This document shows, piece by piece, positions 56,653 to 64,000 of a stretch of DNA of 64,000 bases; positions within the stretch are counted from its first letter, which is position 1, and each line of letters begins with the position of its first letter. Below the pieces are notes generated by a model. It was not told the DNA's origin. It did no database searches and saw nothing but the letters and a program-made list of their open reading frames with translations. The stretch is from Octopus vulgaris. Lineage: Eukaryota. Position numbers and translations under genes: made by a program. Location of the stretch: the NCBI GenBank assembly GCA_951406725.2, contig OX597823.1:72106001-72170000 (forward strand), in the 5' to 3' direction.

Positions 56653-57778
56653 CTGAGAATCGAAATTATTTCCCTTATTAAACAAAAATGAACAGATGGA
56701 AGCTGACAGAGCCAAGCTTATTAAAAAAGTTCTATGTGAATAGTTTTAAAACATGAGACGGAACTGGGATTCGCATTTTTTTTTAAACGGCATGGAATAT
56801 GACGACACTATCTCCCAACTAATAAGTTTTATTTCAGAGGCCCTACGGATACCACAGACCAATGACTCAAATAAAGAAGAAAAAGAATGAATTTACTCAT
56901 TCTTATGTTCTTACCATCCACCGTTGCTTAGCAACATTAAGAAAGACGAAGGTGAAAGCGTGGAAAAATGAAAGAAATAGTAATGGTTGCCCCACAGACT
57001 CCGTAGAGTTTCGGATGAGTTAATTTAGCAATATTAGTTGGAAACATAGGCAGACGGCTACCACAATCACTGCAGATCACAACATTACCAATGAAGAAAG
57101 CAATGTAAGTGAAAGAAATAAACAAGGCAACGTTGTATTAGCCACAAAGGCCAAAAGGTAGATAACCGACTGAGGTGCAAAAGAGCACACAGATACAGAT
57201 TAAAAATCCACGAAACTAAACATGACAAAGTCTATTTTAGACAATTGTTTATAATTTCTACCTAAAAGGGTCCTGTTACTACAGAGAGAAAAGAATTTCG
57301 TGTAACAAAAAATGCTTCCATAATTGCATGCTATGCATAAAGTCACCGATCTACATTCGGAGATTTAGTCATTCATTGAATGTGCGTGTGTGTGTGTGTG
57401 AAGGAATATTTGTGTGTAGATGTATACATGGAAGTATGTGCACGTGTGTATGCTTGTGTATGTGTAAAAGAAAGCATTCGGGTACATAAGCATTTTTTTC
57501 ATATTTTCATTTTAATTTTTATAGGTTCCTGTGCACACTTACATAAACGCAAATATGTATTTTACACACAAACACTCATATGAAAAATGACTATTCCTAA
57601 CACCCAAAGATTTTCGCAGTTTTCATTCCTTGACACCACCCGAATATGGAAACATGCAAGTCGGATTAGTAACCTTTCAAATTTCACTTTAAAATATATT
57701 GGATAAAACTCTGCACTATATATTGGGAATTCTTTCTTCTTTTTATTTGTGCACATCTCTGTGGCATAATTTATATAA

Positions 57779-57826
<48 letters not shown>

Positions 57827-58792
57827 ATGTAACTCCATATCATTACGACCATCTTCTGTTACTGTTTATCTATCGATAATCTTTCCCGCTCTCGTTCACT
57901 TTATATCGGTTTCTCTCTTACATTACATCACTATCATTCTCATGATCTTCTTTGTGCTTTATTTATTATAAAATTTAATGTTATTTTTTTTTTCGTTCTT
58001 CTTTGTTTCAATCTATCCTCAAGTAATTAATAAACTTGTTTAATTTTTATTGATTTCACGGCTTGATAAAAGATTCAGCTGGTGCAATCAACATTTGAAT
58101 TTATTAAATATAGTTTCATCCGTAATGCTTCAGGCCATTCGAGAAGTAAATATGTAACAATAACAAGAATACAGCGTTTGAGGATTCTGGATCAAAACTA
58201 TTTGAAGTATGTTATTCTATTGCTCCGAGAAAAATTAAATTTGTCTAAGTGAAAAGGTGGCCATTTCTGCTAGAAGGAAATATCACAAAACAATTTTTCA
58301 CTTCCATCACTCGTAAATTTACTTATATCTTCTTACATTTATTTAGCGGTTATTTCTTCACAACTTCAGAAATTAACATCAAAGCCACTGTTTCATTGAG
58401 AGAATCAAACTAAGGCAGAAACATGTGCCGTATTATCTCCCTTACTTGTCCACAAAAAACTGTTAACACTGATTTGCGTTTTATGTATAAGCCTGTATTA
58501 GGTTTAAATATAATAGCGTAAATATAATAGCATAATATTAGTGTTCTTGAATTATGCTCCTCTTTTCAAGGATGCATTTATTAATTCTCATAATCTGAAC
58601 TTGATATCAATTTTTTAAATAAAATTTTGCCTTCTCTCTTTATAGTAATTTATCCACGACAACGTACGTATATCAAAGAAGGCTAATTGTCCCCCATAAC
58701 ACATTTATACAAGCGTAGACTTAATATTTTCTTGTCAGTCCAAGGAAATAAACGAAGACGAGAATCCATTTAGATGCTTTGTTGCATTTCAT

Positions 58793-58856
58793 TTATTCTT
58801 TTATTCTTTTAATGGTTTCAGTCGACGAAATGCGGCCATGCTGGAGCACCACCTTA
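58793..58856 (-). mobile_element. Family A SINE 3' tip
   Basis: ttattctttt repeats + gtttcagtc...tgcggccatgctggagcaccacctt. Confidence 0.7.
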
Positions 58857-58899
58857 ATCTTTTTTTTTGTTTTTATTTATCTATTTATTTATTCTGTTG

Positions 58900-61830
58900 T
58901 CGCTTTAGATGGTCGATGATCGTTTGCAGTTGCTGATCTCCCTTGAGTGTATCCTTGAATGGTTGGTTGGTCTGGTATCGTCGTTAAGACTGCCCCCAAT
59001 GCTTTTTTAAAGTTTCAGGAGAAGTCTCTTTTGTATTTCAAATTTCTTTGGGTAAGTAGTTGAATACTTGAGGACCTCTGAATATTAGACTGGTACAGTA
59101 GAGTGTTATTGCTCGCGTATTTGAAGATGGTATATGTGGAAGCTGACAGTACCTGCCATTTCGAGCATTAAAATTCGTTTTAATGCCGATGTTTCGAACA
59201 TTCCTCTCCAGGATCTTCCACGCGTATGTAGTAGTATACCTCTCTCTTCGGCGTTCAAGAGAACAGAGACGCAGAGCTCTCGGGCGTTCCCAGTAATTAA
59301 GACCATTAACCGAAGTTATTTTACTGGTGAATGTTTTTTGAAACCCTTCAATTTCTTCTACGGTATCGGGTGAATTTAGAGACCAAATCTGTGGGCAGTA
59401 ATCTAATCTGCTCAGATCTAAGGTTTTCCATAGAGTTACCATAACTACCGGTTCTCTTGTCGTGAATGTTCATAGGATCCATCCTATGTGATGTCTGCAT
59501 TTAGAGGTCAGTTTGGTGATGTGGCTGAAAAAAAGATGCATTATTTGGACATGATTATTCTTAAATCCCGTATGTTGTCAGTGCTCTGAATATGGCGCCA
59601 AATAATGGGATTTGTGTCTATTCCCTCCATAATGAGGGGCCTGAAATCTTTATGTATTAAATTTCATATTATTTTTATCCACCCATTGATAAATTATATT
59701 TAGGTCATTTTGGAGTGTGATGGCATCTTCTGGAGTTTAGATAGCCATTGATATTTTTGTGTCGTCACCGTAACTCATTAGGTTGGCCGATTGCACATAT
59801 AAGCTTATGGTATGCCTGATAAGCTTATGGTAAGTAATGATAGTCCTAGAACCGTACCCTGAGATATACCACTTATTACGGGTGACTTTGCTGAGATGTA
59901 ACCGTTTTCAGCAATAGGGTGATTCCTATCCCGTAGGAAGTCAAAGAGCCATTCTCTAAGTTTTCCTATGATACTAAGATCCCTTATCCTAAGATAGATG
60001 ACTCCATGATCAACCTTGACAAACACTTTAGCAAAATCAAGGTGTAAGCAGTCAGTGTCCTTTCCATTTAGGAGATTATTGAGAATAGTGTTATGGTGTT
60101 GTTATAGTTGTGTTAGGCAACCACGTCCAGTCCGAAAACCATGCTATGTGTTATCTAAGAGGTTGTTTTCCTCAAGATATGCAGTTATTCTTTTTCGATG
60201 TTTGAGACGTGAGAGAAACTTGTCTGTAAATGTTAGCTTCTGCCCTGCTACCTCCTTTATGGATAGGTGCCATTGTTGCTTCTTTCAACAGTTCTAGGAA
60301 TATGCCGGCTTCAAGCAGCTTTAGAAATAGCAACTTTAATGGCTTAGCGACGCTGCTGTTCCATTCACTTATGGCATATTTAATGTCTCTCATTATTTTA
60401 TCATCAAGTAAGGCCGCGAGCTGGCAGAAACATTTGCACGCCAGGCGAAATGTTTAGCTATATTTTGTCTGTTTTTACATTCTGAGTTCAAATTCCGCCG
60501 AGGTCGACTTTGCCTTTCATCCTTTTGGGGTCGATAAATTAAGAACCAGTTGCGTACTGACGTCGACCTAATCGACTGGCCTTCCTCCCAAAAACTTCGA
60601 GCCTTGTGCCTAGAGTAGAAAATATTTGTTAGCACGCAAAGCGTCTGTCTTTGCGTTCTGAGTTTAAATGCCACCGGAGTCGACTTTGCCTTTCATTCTT
60701 TCGGGATCAGTAAAATAAGTATCAGTTGAACACAGGTGTCGACTTACCCCCTCCCTCGAAATAACTGGCCTTGTTCCATACAATCCGATTGCTCATACTG
60801 TTTTTAAAGTATCAACAATCTCAACTCCAAACCTATCATTCAAGGGCATTATATCTATGTGATATTGATGTTCGTGCTTGTTTTTCTGTGATGGTCAGGT
60901 TTGCATTTTTAATATGTTTTTGATACATCATCGTTGAGTTTTTTTGCTGTGGAGATATTTCGTTGCTCCATCGGTGCATCTTTTATAGGTTTTAATTCTT
61001 TAATTGTTTTCAGATTGCGATTATCGTCATGTTTATGATTTCTACCATTAAAATTTCTTATTTATCTGCTTTTTCCATATTTATTTTATTCCTATTTATT
61101 GGGGTTTTGTGGTTCTCTTACTGTTTTTGTTGATCCGTATCCTGTTGTTGTATTTTAGTTGTTCCCAGGCATTCATTCTAACTCCGTGGCTTGCATGCAC
61201 AATGTCTTTATTTTCTTTTTTATATTTATATAAAAAAAATTTTTTACATGTTCATTATATGCGTTTTCGCTACGTATCCTTCTTGTTAAATGTTATATTT
61301 CAATGTTTCGATATATTTGACTTTCAGAATATTTGATGCATTTTTAAAGTTTGCTCGTCTGCGGTAATTATTCCTGTCATCCTCATCCACCACTTCCTTC
61401 TCCTCCTCGTCGTCGTCGTCTTCGATCTCCTCCTCCTCCTCTTCGTCTTCGTTCTCTTCCTCCGTCCACTTCCTCCTCTCCGTCCTCTTCTTCCTCTCCG
61501 CCCTCTTCCTCCTCCTCCTCACCACCACCACCACCACAACCACTTTTACCCAGGATGTTGGTAGTTCCAAGAAGTACCGAGATCTGTAAAATTCAATGAT
61601 TTGAATGACGTTAAATTTGTTTGGAAAGGAACCAAGGCCATCAATACTAATTGAAATAACTTTACTTTCTTCTTGAAAGTATTCAGTAACTTCATTGTAA
61701 GTTTTAACTTGACTACCAAGCAGAGCTCTGTGGGCTTTGCATATATGGATCATTTTGTTTTGGTTTTGTATTTTCCATTCTGTTGACAGTATTATGCGCA
61801 CTGTCTATACAATGTTTTATAGAGCTGTGT
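58900..61830 (-). pseudogene. Decayed CR1/L2-type LINE ORF2 (RT, probable endonuclease remnant), interrupted by SINEs and a simple repeat
   Basis: PIHKGGSRAEANIYRQVSLTS, KVDHG, SGISQGTVLG, YGDDTKI, SRLDYCPQIWS, LNYWER..L.L.SLERRRERY over 59040-60390; upstream extension to ~61830 is less certain. Confidence 0.8.
60410..60775 (+). mobile_element. Two tandem family B SINEs inserted in the LINE
   Basis: aaggccgcgagctggcagaa...gactttgcctttcatcc...gccttgtgcctagagtagaaa, then a second truncated copy. Confidence 0.85.
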
Positions 61831-63619
61831 ACCGTTTACTGGGCTTTTGTGTTATTGAGTTTACAATAAGAAATTGTTGGGATCCGTGATTTAAGGCCTA
61901 TTTAGTTGTTATTTTTAGCACACCTTACAACGAGTAAGCAACACATGTTTTGTAGTTTTAACATTCAATATGCATTTAATGCGATAAACTGCACGTTTCA
62001 AATTAAATATTTCTCAAAATAAGAAACTTATAACACAAACTTAGAAGATTAATCCAAGAACAAAAAAAAACACATTACAAATTAAATATTTAAAAAAAAA
62101 CAAACATCTCAACAATCTTCCCAGGGCCTCGAAATCGCATCCTCCTCTGGTGCAAGATTTAAGGCCTATTTGGATCGTATAAAGTTTCTCGTGTAGAATA
62201 CAAATTCTCAAAAATTTTCTAAAAATTCCAAAAGATAAAATAGTTATATGGTGCATAATTCATGTGTTTACGGTTTCTTGTAAAGACATTAGTGCTATTT
62301 TCAGGATGTTGAAAAAATGTGCAGAAAACCCTGTTTTCTGACTAGATGAAAATTTTCAAACTTTAAACCTCTATAATTTAAAACTAAAAAAAATCGGGAA
62401 AATTGAAATAACTCCAGCAATTCAGCTTGGAAAACTACATAATTGTACAAAATTTTAAAATTTCAATAAAATTTGATTTTTGAAATCTTGGCATCCAAAC
62501 AGAAAAGATCTATTTTAGCTAAGTATTTAGAATTTTCATAATTTCAGATGTTGCTTTTTCTTACTCTTTCATTTCAACTTCCTTCTTTAGTTATTATCCT
62601 GTTCATGTTTTTTAGTTACTTCGGGTTATTTTAGGCGTATACAAGCATTATTTGGGAAGTATTGCTCTTTGGTGCTGGTGGGAAACAGAAAGGCATTTTC
62701 AGAATCATTATCTGGTTTTGGTAGATAGGACGAAGGATAGAGAAGCTTCGCAATCTTGCTCAAACAGTTCAAAATGTTTGGTGAGTATTGGAAGGAGTAC
62801 ACTAACTTGGGCATAGACCAATCGTATCCAGATTGCACAACGACAGACTTTTGGGTTGCTTCATCGACTAGTTGTGGTGCAGTGATAGGAACACCTTTAT
62901 AAGTAGCTGGACCCGTTACTTCTGGCATAGAACCGGCTCTAGTTTCGACTATGGTCCTTGGTCAGACTTGTTGTCAAGAAACTTGAAGGTACCTTGTTTA
63001 GAACTAAGACACATGCAGTAAAACACAATAAAATGAAGTCGACTCGATCGTTCTCTGTGGCAGAGTTGCATTGTACAATCAAAGCCCTATTCACGTTTTT
63101 ACGAACAGAGACAGATATGTGCTAGATGTGTGCGAGTTGTCTGCCTAACGAGCTTTATAAAGAAATACCAAATTTGTTCTAGATGCTTTGGCGAACATCC
63201 ACTGCAACTGGCTGCAGAACCAGAGAATTGCCAATTATGTGAAGCGCAGAGTAGTAGCGACAAAAGTAAATGTAGTTCCTAATTTCTCATTTACAGCTCT
63301 GTGTACTACAGAGTTTAATATTTTAATCAATTTGATAAAAACATAGTTTCCGATTTGTTATTGGTTGTCATTGGTAATGTGGTTGGCAAACCTGAGCATT
63401 CAAGTGCAGACCTATCCATGACAAACTCCATGTCATAGGACACCAAATCATCTCGAAGGAAGTTTAATGCCAGTTCAGTCATTTGGAGTCAAGAATCTGC
63501 AGTGTTTGAAGGAGGTTGAAGAGGTGGGGTAGCCTTTTTGCCGCACCTGTTTTCCACTACGAACATTCAGTCACCACGAAAAGTAAAACCCCATTCACCA
63601 CCGGCTTCCAACCACAGAC

Positions 63620-64000
63620 ATCAGCAATAATATCGGCATCGCAATCGAACAACGCAAGCACCACCAACAACATCATCCCACCACATTACAGCAATAAACC
63701 ATATGATCCCACCATCACCAAGGCTACAACAAGCAACCACTACTTGCAAACTTCTACCGACAAATGCTATCAACAACACCATCATAACCACGCAATTACC
63801 AGCATCGAACCACTGCCAACGACATTGCAGTAAGCAGTACCAGCGTGGCCAAGATTGCTATCATGCTCATCACTATGTTTAACACGAGAGTCCTCGGGAT
63901 CAACAAGAACATCATCATCATCATCCTCATCCTCATCATCGTCATCTCCATCGCCATCGTCGTCATCGTTGTCGTCTTCAACGTCATCGTCGTCATCGCC
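63620..64000. repeat. Degenerate (CAA/CAC/CAT)n low-complexity region
   Basis: Directly visible. Confidence 0.75.

Noticed and set aside
61286-61801. 171-aa ORF with acidic/basic tail as a host gene
   Set aside because: Probable LINE remnant fused to a (TCC/TCG/ACC)n simple repeat.

Overview
AT-rich, microsatellite-dense eukaryotic DNA made almost entirely of interspersed repeats. The SINE families resemble those I recall from octopus/coleoid cephalopod genomes (recognition, not a database result). No host protein-coding gene can be supported, and most entries in the ORF track are translated microsatellites. Solid features: (1) an intact tRNA-Gly(GCC) gene at 15250-15320 (-); (2) a young, 5'-truncated R4/Dong-type non-LTR retrotransposon (RT + CCHC + restriction-like endonuclease, 18081-20837, -) in a (TAA)n/(TTA)n tract enclosed by ~80-bp inverted tRNA-like arms; (3) a second, decayed copy of it split by a ~570-bp foldback insertion with a 12-bp TSD; (4) relics of a Penelope-like element, a CR1/L2-type LINE and a mariner; (5) several MITEs and three tRNA-derived SINE families, one present as a TSD-flanked trimer. 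The most notable signal is a set of type I hammerhead-ribozyme motifs with palindromic stem III (814-923, 3835-3906, 52616-52662/52764-52810, plus degenerate copies). They sit in short non-coding elements next to (TA)n tracts or in the foldback, consistent with a non-autonomous Penelope/retrozyme-like system. All coordinates, folds and identities were read by eye.
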